The notes beneath the pieces are model-generated. The model searched no databases, was not told where the DNA came from, and was given only the letters and a program-made list of their open reading frames with translations. Of a DNA stretch of 25,229 nucleotides, positions 7,849 to 15,623 are shown in pieces. Source of the stretch: an uncultured Lachnospiraceae bacterium (GTDB lineage: Bacteria > Bacillota > Clostridia > Christensenellales > UBA1242); the NCBI GenBank assembly GCA_964368755.1, contig CAYJCR010000010.1, forward strand, positions 1-25,229, in the 5' to 3' direction. A program made the position numbers and the translations under genes. Numbering within the stretch: position 1 is the stretch's first letter; every line of letters begins with the position of its first letter.

Positions 7849-7877
7849 AGTATATAATAACTTGGGAATTAAGTCAA
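7849..7877 (-). promoter_or_regulatory. SigmaA-type promoter for tRNA-Thr (and probably downstream genes)
   Basis: Minus strand has TTGACT (plus 7872-7877), a 17-nt spacer, then TATACT (plus 7849-7854). It lies about 18 nt upstream of the mature tRNA 5' end. Confidence 0.55.
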
Positions 7878-7919
7878 TCAAGCAATGTCATTGTATTCAA
7901 AAAATATATAGAAAAACGC

Positions 7920-7947
7920 TTGTCTTTTGTCTTCAATTTGATATAAT
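7920..7947 (+). promoter_or_regulatory. SigmaA-type promoter for tRNA-Val
   Basis: TTGTCT (7920-7925), a 16-nt spacer, then an extended -10 TGATATAAT (TATAAT at 7942-7947). It lies about 20 nt upstream of the tRNA. Confidence 0.55.
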
Positions 7948-7966
7948 ACCTATGTTCCTTATATAT

Positions 7967-8042
7967 GGGCAATTAACTCAGCTGGTAGAGTGTCTCCTTG
8001 ACGTGGAGGAAGTCAGCGGTTCGAGTCCGTTATTGCCCACCA
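7967..8042 (+). tRNA. tRNA-Val (anticodon GAC), CCA encoded
   Basis: Folded by hand: acceptor GGGCAAT/ATTGCCC, D-stem ACTC/GAGT, anticodon stem TCTCC/GGAGG with loop TTGACGT, T-arm AGCGG-TTCGAGT-CCGTT, discriminator A plus CCA. Total 76 nt. Confidence 0.9.
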
Positions 8043-8046
8043 AGAC

Positions 8047-8079
8047 AAAAACTAACGGAATTGTATCGTTAGTTTTTTT
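8047..8079 (+). terminator. Rho-independent terminator after tRNA-Val
   Basis: ACTAACG (8051-8057) pairs with CGTTAGT (8067-8073) around a 9-nt loop, followed by a T7 run (8073-8079). Confidence 0.65.
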
Positions 8080-8098
8080 ATCAAAATCATTATACATA

Positions 8099-8127
8099 TT
8101 GAATCTTGCAAAAATATATGATATAAT
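8099..8127 (+). promoter_or_regulatory. SigmaA-type promoter for the 242-aa orphan ORF
   Basis: TTGAAT (8099-8104), a 17-nt spacer, then an extended -10 TGATATAAT (TATAAT at 8122-8127). Confidence 0.55.
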
Positions 8128-8155
8128 ATACTTAACAAAATTAAGGAGAATTATT

Positions 8156-8884
8156 ATGCCAACAATTGATGAAGCTTATCACAATGTGATGAATACAAAA
8201 TATCAGCTTGGAGAAGACTTCCCTACTCTTGATACCGGCATAGAGGGAGTCGTGGCTTACGATTTGTCTAAACAATATACAATGGACGAATTGATCAAAT
8301 TCCGTACAGATCATTGTTTTGGTATAGTAGACAATCAAGGTCACTACTATCATATGCCCGATTATAATCTCACAAAACATGAAGAATTGGTTCAATTGTT
8401 GCTAGAGAAAGGAGTATCGCGAGAATTACTTGTTCCTCATATTAAGGTTAACTCAGGCATACAATACTTTGATAAATCACGTGGCAATAGTTTTTGTCCA
8501 ACAATGACAGTTGATAACATGGACAATTCTATCCCTAAACTTACATTTGATATGTGCTATGCCCTTAGAAACCTTTTACTCTATACACCAAGAAGTGGCA
8601 AGAGCTTTCAATCCAAAGTCCAAGGCAATATCAACAATATAGGACTCAACTATCAAGAACTATTCTCTGCACCTAATCTCGATGATGCAAGACTTGCAGC
8701 ACTTACAAATATAAGATTATTAGATTGCTGTCTTAATTCAAAATTAAGCGAATCACTTTTTGAAGCACAAGATATTAGATCGGATTTTCAAGCAGTATTT
8801 AGACAAGTTCAAATTAACAAATCTGATAGCGCTGCATCTCCTAGTGCATCCTACTTCTTCAGTGGACAAGGCGACGACGACTAA
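8156..8884 (+). CDS. Hypothetical protein, 242 aa, no recognisable domain; the only plus-strand protein gene in the window
   Basis: ATG at 8156 is preceded by AAGGAGA. The ORF-track version (7862-8884) runs through tRNA-Val and its terminator, so it is trimmed. The gene is bracketed by its own promoter and a bidirectional terminator. The C-terminus reads SGQGDDD. Confidence 0.6.
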   Translation: MPTIDEAYHNVMNTKYQLGEDFPTLDTGIEGVVAYDLSKQYTMDELIKFRTDHCFGIVDNQGHYYHMPDYNLTKHEELVQLLLEKGVSRELLVPHIKVNSGIQYFDKSRGNSFCPTMTVDNMDNSIPKLTFDMCYALRNLLLYTPRSGKSFQSKVQGNINNIGLNYQELFSAPNLDDARLAALTNIRLLDCCLNSKLSESLFEAQDIRSDFQAVFRQVQINKSDSAASPSASYFFSGQGDDD

Positions 8885-8900
8885 TCATATTTTTTATATA

Positions 8901-8933
8901 AAAAAACTCCTATTTTGAACCATAGGAGTTTTT
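8901..8933. terminator. Bidirectional rho-independent terminator between convergent genes
   Basis: CTCCTAT (8907-8913) pairs with ATAGGAG (8922-8928) around an 8-nt loop. It is flanked by A6 upstream and T5 downstream, so either strand yields a hairpin plus U-tract. Confidence 0.65.
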
Positions 8934-8957
8934 ATTTTGTAATTTTTTTAAGATTGT

Positions 8958-10043
8958 TTAATCTTTCTTTGTCTCATCTGGAGCCATATATTTGTTGAGT
9001 TCATCCATCTGCATTGCTTTGAGACTAAGAGATATTCTAAGTCTATCACTATCAACTTCGATAACTTTGAGAGTCAATACTTGGTCTACCTTTGCTACTT
9101 CATAGATATTCTTTACATAGAATGCACTAGCTTCTTTGATATGCAACATACCATCAACGCCATTGCCAAGGTCTATGATAGCTCCGAATGGAAGTATCTT
9201 CTTGACTGTGCCTTCTACAACTTGATCTACTTTGAACTTAGCATATTCTGATACCAATGGGTTCTCGCTCATTGCCTTGTAACTCAATGATACTTTGTGA
9301 TTCTCTGGTTCAAGTTTGATAACTTTGAACTCATATTCTTCGCCATCTTTGAGGACTTCTCTCCAATTGACTGATCTGTCATAACTTATCTCACTACTGT
9401 GTACGAGACAGTCAAATCCATTAACATTGACAAAAACTCCAAAGTCGACAATTCTTACAACTTTGCCCTTAACAACTTTGCCTTCAAAGATAGAACTCCA
9501 GAAATTCTGTTCTGCAGTTTGTTTCTCTTTGTCTTCATATGCTCTGATTGAAGCAATAACTTTGTTATTAGCCAAATCTATCTCGAGTATTATGACCTGG
9601 ACCTGCTTGTTAACGTAGGTACTAAGGTCTATTCTATGAACAGATACTTGACTTGCTGGAATGAATGCAGAAAAAGTACCAATCTTACTGATAAGTCCAC
9701 CATTAACTGCGTTTATAATAACAAGGCTTGTTTCGTCTCCAACCTTAAGATTACCTATTATCTCATTGCCCTTCTTAATATCATCGGCCTTGGTTTTGGA
9801 CAAGATAACAGCTCCCGTTAACTCATCTCTTGTCTTGATAACTACTGCCTCGATCTGTTGTCCTATCTCAAGAGCCTCGCCCTTGAGGTCATCGAATGGA
9901 ACAATGGCATCTTTCTTTCCACCAATATTGATGATATATCCATCTCCTGTTGATGCTACTACTTCTCCGTCAACCTTAGCTCCAACTTTGAATTGAACGA
10001 ATGTTTTATCTATATTTTCTAAACTAAACTTTATATCTTCCAT
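8958..10043 (-). CDS. rpsA: 30S ribosomal protein S1-like protein (four S1 RNA-binding domains; Firmicutes short RpsA/YpfD type)
   Basis: Repeated S1-domain pattern (G..v.G.V......G..V.....dg..h.Se) appears four times, for example GKVVKGKVVRIVDFGVFVNV..DCLVHSSEIS. The position downstream of cmk matches B. subtilis cmk-ypfD. Confidence 0.8.
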   Translation of the reverse strand: MEDIKFSLENIDKTFVQFKVGAKVDGEVVASTGDGYIINIGGKKDAIVPFDDLKGEALEIGQQIEAVVIKTRDELTGAVILSKTKADDIKKGNEIIGNLKVGDETSLVIINAVNGGLISKIGTFSAFIPASQVSVHRIDLSTYVNKQVQVIILEIDLANNKVIASIRAYEDKEKQTAEQNFWSSIFEGKVVKGKVVRIVDFGVFVNVNGFDCLVHSSEISYDRSVNWREVLKDGEEYEFKVIKLEPENHKVSLSYKAMSENPLVSEYAKFKVDQVVEGTVKKILPFGAIIDLGNGVDGMLHIKEASAFYVKNIYEVAKVDQVLTLKVIEVDSDRLRISLSLKAMQMDELNKYMAPDETKKD

Positions 10044-10101
10044 TTTTGTAATAATCTCCCAATTGTTATAAGTATAGCAAAGTATTATTAAAAAGAAAAA
10101 T

Positions 10102-10131
10102 AAAAAAAGCCACTAATTTCTTATTTAGTGG
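10102..10131 (-). terminator. Rho-independent terminator (possibly partial) overlapping the plsC stop codon
   Basis: The minus-strand RNA forms CCACUAA / UUAGUGG (7 bp, 8-nt loop) followed by U7. The 5' arm includes the last plsC codons and the stop. Confidence 0.55.
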
Positions 10132-10760
10132 GATTTTTTCAACTTTTTTATGACTTTACATTCGTTTTCAAATCTATAATACTCAGATTTTACCTCATTC
10201 ATCTTCGATACAAGTATCTGTGTTGCTTCACTCAATACTTCTTTGGTAAGTTTTTTGTCATAAAACTCACTTAATTCGAATGCTTTACCAATGATGAGTT
10301 TGTTTCTTCTGAATACTCTTGGTTTCTTAACTATATACATAGGCACAATAGGAGCTCTACCTTTGATTGCCATAAGACATGTGCCCTGCTTTGCTTCTAT
10401 ATCAGCGTCTTCTTCACTACGTGTGCCTTGTGGAAATATTCCGACATACTTTTCATCTTTTAGTGCCCCGATTACTTTCTTTATCGCACCAACATCAGTA
10501 CCTGATCTATCTATTGGAATCATACCTACCGTTCTACAAAAAAACCATCTTTTGAACTTATTTGATGCTAGCTCTTTCTTGCCTAAGAACCTGATCTTTT
10601 TCTTAATTTTTGAATACAGCACAAGTACATCAGCATTGCTTGTATGGTTGCAGACTAGTATTGATTTGCCTTTAACAAGATTTTTCTTGCCATACATTCT
10701 CGATGGGAACAAAATAGAAATTGGTATAAATGCTATCCAGAATAATATATAAAATAACAT
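10125..10760 (-). CDS. plsC: 1-acyl-sn-glycerol-3-phosphate acyltransferase
   Basis: NHTSNADV (NHxxxxD block I) and FPQGTR (FPEGTR block III). There is an N-terminal hydrophobic segment. AGGAGA RBS. Confidence 0.85.
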   Translation of the reverse strand: MLFYILFWIAFIPISILFPSRMYGKKNLVKGKSILVCNHTSNADVLVLYSKIKKKIRFLGKKELASNKFKRWFFCRTVGMIPIDRSGTDVGAIKKVIGALKDEKYVGIFPQGTRSEEDADIEAKQGTCLMAIKGRAPIVPMYIVKKPRVFRRNKLIIGKAFELSEFYDKKLTKEVLSEATQILVSKMNEVKSEYYRFENECKVIKKLKKSH

Positions 10761-10780
10761 AATTCATCTCCTGCAATATA

Positions 10781-11455
10781 CTATGATATAACTTCTCCAC
10801 TTTTGCGAATAATATCGCAAATAATCTCGGCAGTCTCGGTTGGTGTGTTATAAGTAGTATCAATAATATGAGAGTCTTTCTCAATACTAAGCTTAGACGT
10901 CTCACCAACAAATGAGGACCTATCTACATCAATGATATCATTTGTCACTTGGTCAAGAGTAATGTCAACACCTTTGGATATCAAACCATCATATTTTCTT
11001 TTAGCACGGACGTCCAAGTCTGCATCAAAAAAGAACTTAAACTTCGCATTTGGAAATATCTCTTCAGCAGTATTGAACCCATCGATAATAACAGTATACT
11101 TCGATGCAACTTCCTGTTGTTTCTTTGCAATAAAAGCCTTGATACATGGTAATTTGGATATACTATACTGAGAACGAACAACTAACATATTGCCAAGGTT
11201 ATTCATCGTAATAACCCCATTAACGGTCGCAAATATCCTATTGTCTCTATTGATTAAATCAAAGTTGTACTTGCTTAGAATACCGTTGACATCTTCGTCA
11301 ATCGTTGGGTTAATGCCATTCTCGACACATTTGAGAGCGATAACGCTTGTGAGTAAGTCTGCATCAAAATATAAAATATTGAGCATCTCAGCAACTTTCT
11401 TTGCAACAGATGTTTTACCAGAACCTGTTGGTCCATCAATTGTTATTTGGAACAT
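10781..11455 (-). CDS. cmk: Cytidylate kinase
   Basis: ITIDGPTGSGKTSVAKKVAEML P-loop typical of Cmk. Length 224 aa. Synteny with rpsA. Confidence 0.85.
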   Translation of the reverse strand: MFQITIDGPTGSGKTSVAKKVAEMLNILYFDADLLTSVIALKCVENGINPTIDEDVNGILSKYNFDLINRDNRIFATVNGVITMNNLGNMLVVRSQYSISKLPCIKAFIAKKQQEVASKYTVIIDGFNTAEEIFPNAKFKFFFDADLDVRAKRKYDGLISKGVDITLDQVTNDIIDVDRSSFVGETSKLSIEKDSHIIDTTYNTPTETAEIICDIIRKSGEVIS

Positions 11456-11457
11456 AA

Positions 11458-12672
11458 CTACCTCCCAATACTTTTTCCGACAAGGAATCCTGTCGACAAT
11501 GCTATCTGGATATTAAAACCTCCAGTCAAGGCATCAACATCTATTACTTCTCCAGCAAAGTATAGACCTTTGACTAGTTTGCTCTCCATGGTACTTGCAT
11601 TGATCTCATCAACAGCAACACCACCACTTGTTACTACGGCATATTCTAGATCTTCCAACCCTTTGATAAAGAAGTCAAAGTGCTTAAGATTGTATATTAT
11701 CTTATCTCTATCAGATTTTGTTATCTCATTTATCTTTTTGTCTGCCAATTTGACTCTGCCTAGATACTCTTGAATGATACCACTTGGTATAAGAGTATGG
11801 ACAAAGTTCTTGAAATCTTTATTCTTATTTTCTTCAAAATCTCTCAGTAATCTAGCATCGAGTTGCTCATAAGACAAGGCTGGTTTAAGATCAATAGACA
11901 TCTTGTAGCCATCCAAAATCAAACGATTGATCTTACTACTAAGAGTTAGTATTATCGGTCCACCCACTCCTGTATGAGTGAATAGCATCTCTCCAAACTC
12001 TTCTGCAATAACTTTATTATCGTTAGACAAAATGCTTGCTCTAACATTCTTCAAGGATACTCCAGCCATAGTACTGTCTATCTTAAGATTGATACCAACA
12101 AGCGCTGGCTTAGGCTCAACTATCTTGTGTCCAAACTTCCTTGCTAATATATATCCATCACCAGTTGAACCAGTAGAAGTATAACTTTTACCTCCCGTTG
12201 CTATCACGAGTTTGTCGCACATAAGTTTTTTGTTATTGGTCACAACAACAAATTTGTCATCATCTTTGTAGACATCCTTGACTGTCACACCATACATTAT
12301 CTTAGCTCCGCTATCAACTAGATACTTGTTAAGCACTTTGATAACATCGCTTGACTTGTCTGACTGGGGAAAAACTCTATTTCCACGTTCAACCTTGGTT
12401 TCTAGCCCTAGATTGTTCAATAATTCAACCGTATCATAAGGACTAAAATGATTGATTGCGCTGTACAAAAACCTTTTATTATTAACTACATTATCGAGAA
12501 AATCATTATTCGGTATAAGGTTGGTAATATTACACCTGCCCTTGCCTGTGATGTATAGTTTCTTACCTAGCTTTTCATTCTTCTCAAGTAGTATCACATT
12601 GTTGCCTTGAGCACATCCAACTGCAGACATTATCCCAGCCGGACCACCACCTATTACGATAATATCACTCAT
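11458..12672 (-). CDS. NAD(P)/FAD-dependent oxidoreductase, HI0933/YhiN (BaiN-like) flavoprotein family
   Basis: MSDIIVIGGGPAGIMSA dinucleotide-binding motif, and a C-terminal GLYFAGEVIDVDALTGGFNIQIALSTG typical of the HI0933-like family. Length 404 aa. Confidence 0.75.
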   Translation of the reverse strand: MSDIIVIGGGPAGIMSAVGCAQGNNVILLEKNEKLGKKLYITGKGRCNITNLIPNNDFLDNVVNNKRFLYSAINHFSPYDTVELLNNLGLETKVERGNRVFPQSDKSSDVIKVLNKYLVDSGAKIMYGVTVKDVYKDDDKFVVVTNNKKLMCDKLVIATGGKSYTSTGSTGDGYILARKFGHKIVEPKPALVGINLKIDSTMAGVSLKNVRASILSNDNKVIAEEFGEMLFTHTGVGGPIILTLSSKINRLILDGYKMSIDLKPALSYEQLDARLLRDFEENKNKDFKNFVHTLIPSGIIQEYLGRVKLADKKINEITKSDRDKIIYNLKHFDFFIKGLEDLEYAVVTSGGVAVDEINASTMESKLVKGLYFAGEVIDVDALTGGFNIQIALSTGFLVGKSIGR

Positions 12673-12740
12673 ACCATTACCTTCTACGATAAGTATACAT
12701 AATACTCAAACTAATTGCAAACAAAAAAATGTTTTCTACA

Positions 12741-12777
12741 AATAAATATAACCAAGCAATACTTCTGCTTGGTTATA
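12741..12777 (-). terminator. Rho-independent terminator after rluB
   Basis: TATAACCAAGCA (12747-12758) pairs with TGCTTGGTTATA (12766-12777) as a 12-bp perfect stem with a 7-nt loop. ATTTATTTGT follows on the minus strand. Confidence 0.65.
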
Positions 12778-12782
12778 CACAT

Positions 12783-13496
12783 TTATTCTTTGTTAACAAG
12801 AAGAAGTGATACTTCTTCTGGATTAAGTTCTCTAAAAGTCCCACGAGTAAGTCCACCAAGTCTAAGGGATCCAATAGACACTCTCTTCAAGAAAATAACG
12901 TTTTTGCCAATTGCCTCAAATGACTTCCTTATCTGTCTATTCTTACCTTCATGGATAGTGACTTCTATCTTAGATACATTTTTTGAGTAATCAATCAACT
13001 TTGCTTTGCACTCACTATATCTAACTCCATCTACAACAACACCTGCACGAAGCACAGCAAGTTCGCTCTCTAAGATTGGACCTTCTATTTTGGCAATATA
13101 TGTCTTCTCAATCTTCTTGGAAGGATGAGTAAGATTGTATGTCAAGTCGCCATCATTGGTAAGTATAAGCATACCTTCAGAGTCGTAGTCAAGTCTACCA
13201 ACTGGATATACTCTCTTGTCCACCCCACGCATAAGGTCAAGGACTGTTTTTCTATCAAATTCATCATCGGAACTACATACATAGCCCTTAGGCTTGTTCA
13301 ACATATAATAAACATAGTCTTGTGTAGGTTTGATGACTATATCTCCGACTTTGACAATGTCAACTTCTGGATTGATATCTGTCGCAAGCTCGCGAACAAC
13401 CTTATCATTGACTTTGACCATTCCTTGCAAAATATATTCTTCTGCTTTCCTGCGAGATGATATTCCGCATTGCGCAACAAACTTATTGATTCTCAT
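12783..13496 (-). CDS. rluB: 23S rRNA pseudouridine synthase, RsuA/RluB family (S4 domain plus catalytic domain)
   Basis: N-terminal S4 domain (RINKFVAQCGISSRRKAEEYI..G.V.VN) and catalytic GRLDYDSEGMLILTNDGDL. I trimmed to ATG 13496 (AAGGA RBS); the ORF-track start at 13514 is TTG. Confidence 0.85.
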   Translation of the reverse strand: MRINKFVAQCGISSRRKAEEYILQGMVKVNDKVVRELATDINPEVDIVKVGDIVIKPTQDYVYYMLNKPKGYVCSSDDEFDRKTVLDLMRGVDKRVYPVGRLDYDSEGMLILTNDGDLTYNLTHPSKKIEKTYIAKIEGPILESELAVLRAGVVVDGVRYSECKAKLIDYSKNVSKIEVTIHEGKNRQIRKSFEAIGKNVIFLKRVSIGSLRLGGLTRGTFRELNPEEVSLLLVNKE

Positions 13497-13498
13497 AA

Positions 13499-14626
13499 TT
13501 ATCCTTTGTACCAATTGTCAAGAATATCTTTTAACTTGGCTTTTGGCTCATTTGTATTTACTTCTTCTAGTGTATACAAATTCGTCTCAAATAGCAAGTC
13601 TTTGTCAAGATATATTTGTATCTCACCAACAATTTCATTGGCTGGCTTTGGAGCAACAACCTTATCTACAAGGTCATATGAGACATTGATATTTGCAAGT
13701 TCATTATTCTTGAGAATAGCTTTATAACCATTCTTTGCATAGACCTTAACAGATTGCTCAGGGCTATTTGATACTGGAAGTTCACTTACAATAGTATAAT
13801 CTTCAATAATTGTATGCATAGTGTATTCTTCAAATGCCTCATCGATCAATTCTACACTTTCTTCGAACATTGGGCCACAATTGAGCACAACACATACTAC
13901 TTGCATACCATCACGTTCACAGGCGGTCACAAGGCATCGCCCAGCACAATTTGTATACCCTGTCTTAACCCCTATACATCCATCAAGCGAACTTAGTAAC
14001 CGATTTTTATTTTTCAAGCTTCTTGTCTGTACATTGTCACCTTTCAACAAATAAGATTTTGTAGATACTATCTCTTTGAATATAGGGTTTTTAAGAGCGT
14101 AACTTGTTATTATGGCTAAGTCAATAGCTGTTGTATAATGATCTTTGTCGTCGAGTCCATGAGGATTGGCAAAGTGCGTATCAAAAGCTCCAATGTCTAC
14201 TGCCAAATCATTCATAAGATCGACAAAGCCCTCTTCACTGCCACCAATGTGAACAGCAAGTGCATGGGCGGCATCATTGCCAGACCTTAGCATCAAACCA
14301 TACAATAATTGTCTTACGGTAGGCTTTTCTTCAACTTGGAGATATATCGATGTACCTTCTATAATAGTCGATGGTCTAGTTATATCTACCACTTCGTCTA
14401 AGTTCTTGCAATGATTGATGACAGTAATAGCTGTCATTATCTTGGTTGTACTAGCCATGGGCAACTTCTCTTTTTCGTTAGAAGAATATAGTATACGATT
14501 GTTGTTAGTTTCAATCACAACCATTGATTTTGCAGAGCAACTATATGCATATGCTTGTTCAACATCGACTTCTGTGAAGACAAATACAAATATTATGAAA
14601 GTTAAACATAATACTAATTTTTTCAT
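13499..14626 (-). CDS. dacB: D-alanyl-D-alanine carboxypeptidase (PBP5-type, peptidase S11) with signal peptide
   Basis: ASTTKIMT (SxxK), RSGNDAA (SxN) and VKTGYT (KTG), plus an N-terminal hydrophobic signal. The position after scpA-scpB-ytfI/ytfJ mirrors B. subtilis scpA-scpB-ypuI-dacB, so the gene symbol is by synteny only. Confidence 0.8.
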   Translation of the reverse strand: MKKLVLCLTFIIFVFVFTEVDVEQAYAYSCSAKSMVVIETNNNRILYSSNEKEKLPMASTTKIMTAITVINHCKNLDEVVDITRPSTIIEGTSIYLQVEEKPTVRQLLYGLMLRSGNDAAHALAVHIGGSEEGFVDLMNDLAVDIGAFDTHFANPHGLDDKDHYTTAIDLAIITSYALKNPIFKEIVSTKSYLLKGDNVQTRSLKNKNRLLSSLDGCIGVKTGYTNCAGRCLVTACERDGMQVVCVVLNCGPMFEESVELIDEAFEEYTMHTIIEDYTIVSELPVSNSPEQSVKVYAKNGYKAILKNNELANINVSYDLVDKVVAPKPANEIVGEIQIYLDKDLLFETNLYTLEEVNTNEPKAKLKDILDNWYKG

Positions 14627-14628
14627 TA

Positions 14629-14991
14629 CTAATCCTTCTTCAACGATTTACATAGATCCTGAGCAACATCATACAATTTTTCTACCATACCTGATTTTTC
14701 TACATTTATAACTTTAACACTACTGCCTTTGATGAGTAAAAATCCAAGTGGCGTGACAGAGAACCCTCCACCAGAACCACCAGCAAAAGGATAATCATCT
14801 TCTTGCTTTTTCTTTGACTTCTCAGGATATTCACCTCCACCTGCGACAAAGCCTACTGATATCTTAGTAAGTGGGATGATAGTATCTCCTTCTTGAGTCT
14901 TGATAGGATTGCCGACCACAGTGTCTACGTCAACAATGTTTTTGAGTTTCAATAATGTTTGTTCTAATACATCTATAATTTTATGCTCCAT
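14629..14991 (-). CDS. ytfJ: Sporulation protein YtfJ
   Basis: 120 aa with ISVGFVAGGGEYP....FAGGSGGGFSVTPLGFLLI, the glycine-rich YtfJ signature. It overlaps the upstream DUF2953 gene by 11 nt. AAGGAGAG RBS. Confidence 0.8.
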   Translation of the reverse strand: MEHKIIDVLEQTLLKLKNIVDVDTVVGNPIKTQEGDTIIPLTKISVGFVAGGGEYPEKSKKKQEDDYPFAGGSGGGFSVTPLGFLLIKGSSVKVINVEKSGMVEKLYDVAQDLCKSLKKD

Positions 14992-15544
14992 TTTTTACTC
15001 TCCTTTTTGTTTTTGATAAAGTTTTTATTAGACATACAATAAGTAACCAAAGATTGAATTCAACAACAGTACAGCAATTGAATGTAGCACTATTATTGTA
15101 GAATGATGGGAAGAATCCTGTTTCTATTTTTGTCGAGGACTTATTCATCTTAACTAGCCCAATACAATATTGTAGAGGAATATTGATGACACTCCATATC
15201 AAAGACATAGCAAGCGGATTATCAGCCAAACCTACATTTGCATACAACTTCATAGTCCTATAATCAACGTTTTTGATAAAGTTGATAATATATTTATCTC
15301 CAAAAGTTACCTTACTCGATTCATCATCTTTGAGCCACAATACTCTTGCTCTTCCTTTCTGATTAGTAAGAATGAGATATTTGCCTTTGTATACTACTTT
15401 TGACAATATCACTCTTAACCAAAAGACTTTCCCACTTATATTACCCTCATTCTTAAGAATGTTATAATTAACTTTAGCTTTGAGTTTGATAGGGAAAAAC
15501 AATATAAGTATCATGGCAATAATCACTAACAATACTATTTCCAT
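14981..15544 (-). CDS. ytfI: DUF2953 / YtfI-like sporulation-associated membrane protein
   Basis: N-terminal TM helix followed by FPIKLKAKVNYN..GNISGKVFWLRV, typical of DUF2953. It is the conserved partner immediately upstream of ytfJ. Confidence 0.65.
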   Translation of the reverse strand: MEIVLLVIIAMILILFFPIKLKAKVNYNILKNEGNISGKVFWLRVILSKVVYKGKYLILTNQKGRARVLWLKDDESSKVTFGDKYIINFIKNVDYRTMKLYANVGLADNPLAMSLIWSVINIPLQYCIGLVKMNKSSTKIETGFFPSFYNNSATFNCCTVVEFNLWLLIVCLIKTLSKTKRRVKNGA

Positions 15545-15578
15545 ACAAATAGTATCTCTCCAATTACACTAATTATTA

Positions 15579-15608
15579 TAAAAAAACACTCCAAATACAT
15601 TGGAGTGT
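15579..15608 (-). terminator. Rho-independent terminator after scpB
   Basis: ACACTCCAA (15586-15594) pairs with TTGGAGTGT (15600-15608) around a 5-nt loop. The plus A-run 15580-15586 gives a U-tract on the minus RNA. Confidence 0.65.
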
Positions 15609-15623
15609 TAGTAGTTAACGCTT

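Noticed and set aside
7862-8884. ORF-track 340-aa ORF starting at 7862
   Set aside because: Its first ~95 codons read straight through the tRNA-Val gene, its terminator and a promoter. The real CDS begins at ATG 8156, which has an AAGGAGA RBS.
8043-8957. tRNA-Val as an integration site (att duplication of the tRNA 3' end flanking the orphan gene)
   Set aside because: No copy of the tRNA 3' segment (GTTCGAGTCCGTTATTGCCCACCA or a substantial part of it) appears downstream of the orphan ORF. No integrase is present either.
10291-10752. Long antisense ORFs inside plsC (153 aa) and similar ones in the SDR, rpsA, cmk, FAD oxidoreductase, rluB, dacB and recN genes
   Set aside because: All lie opposite well-supported genes, lack RBSs and have hydrophobic, low-complexity translations typical of antisense frames in AT-rich DNA. 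There is no independent support for them.
80-12777. Four terminator hairpins share an AACCA...TGGTT stem core (80-105, 834-857, 5325-5357, 12747-12777), raising the possibility of a REP-like repeat family
   Set aside because: The shared core is only 5-7 nt. Loops and flanks differ, and each sits exactly where a terminator is expected. It is most simply convergent use of the few G/C-containing stems available in AT-rich DNA. A genome-wide count would be needed to revisit this.
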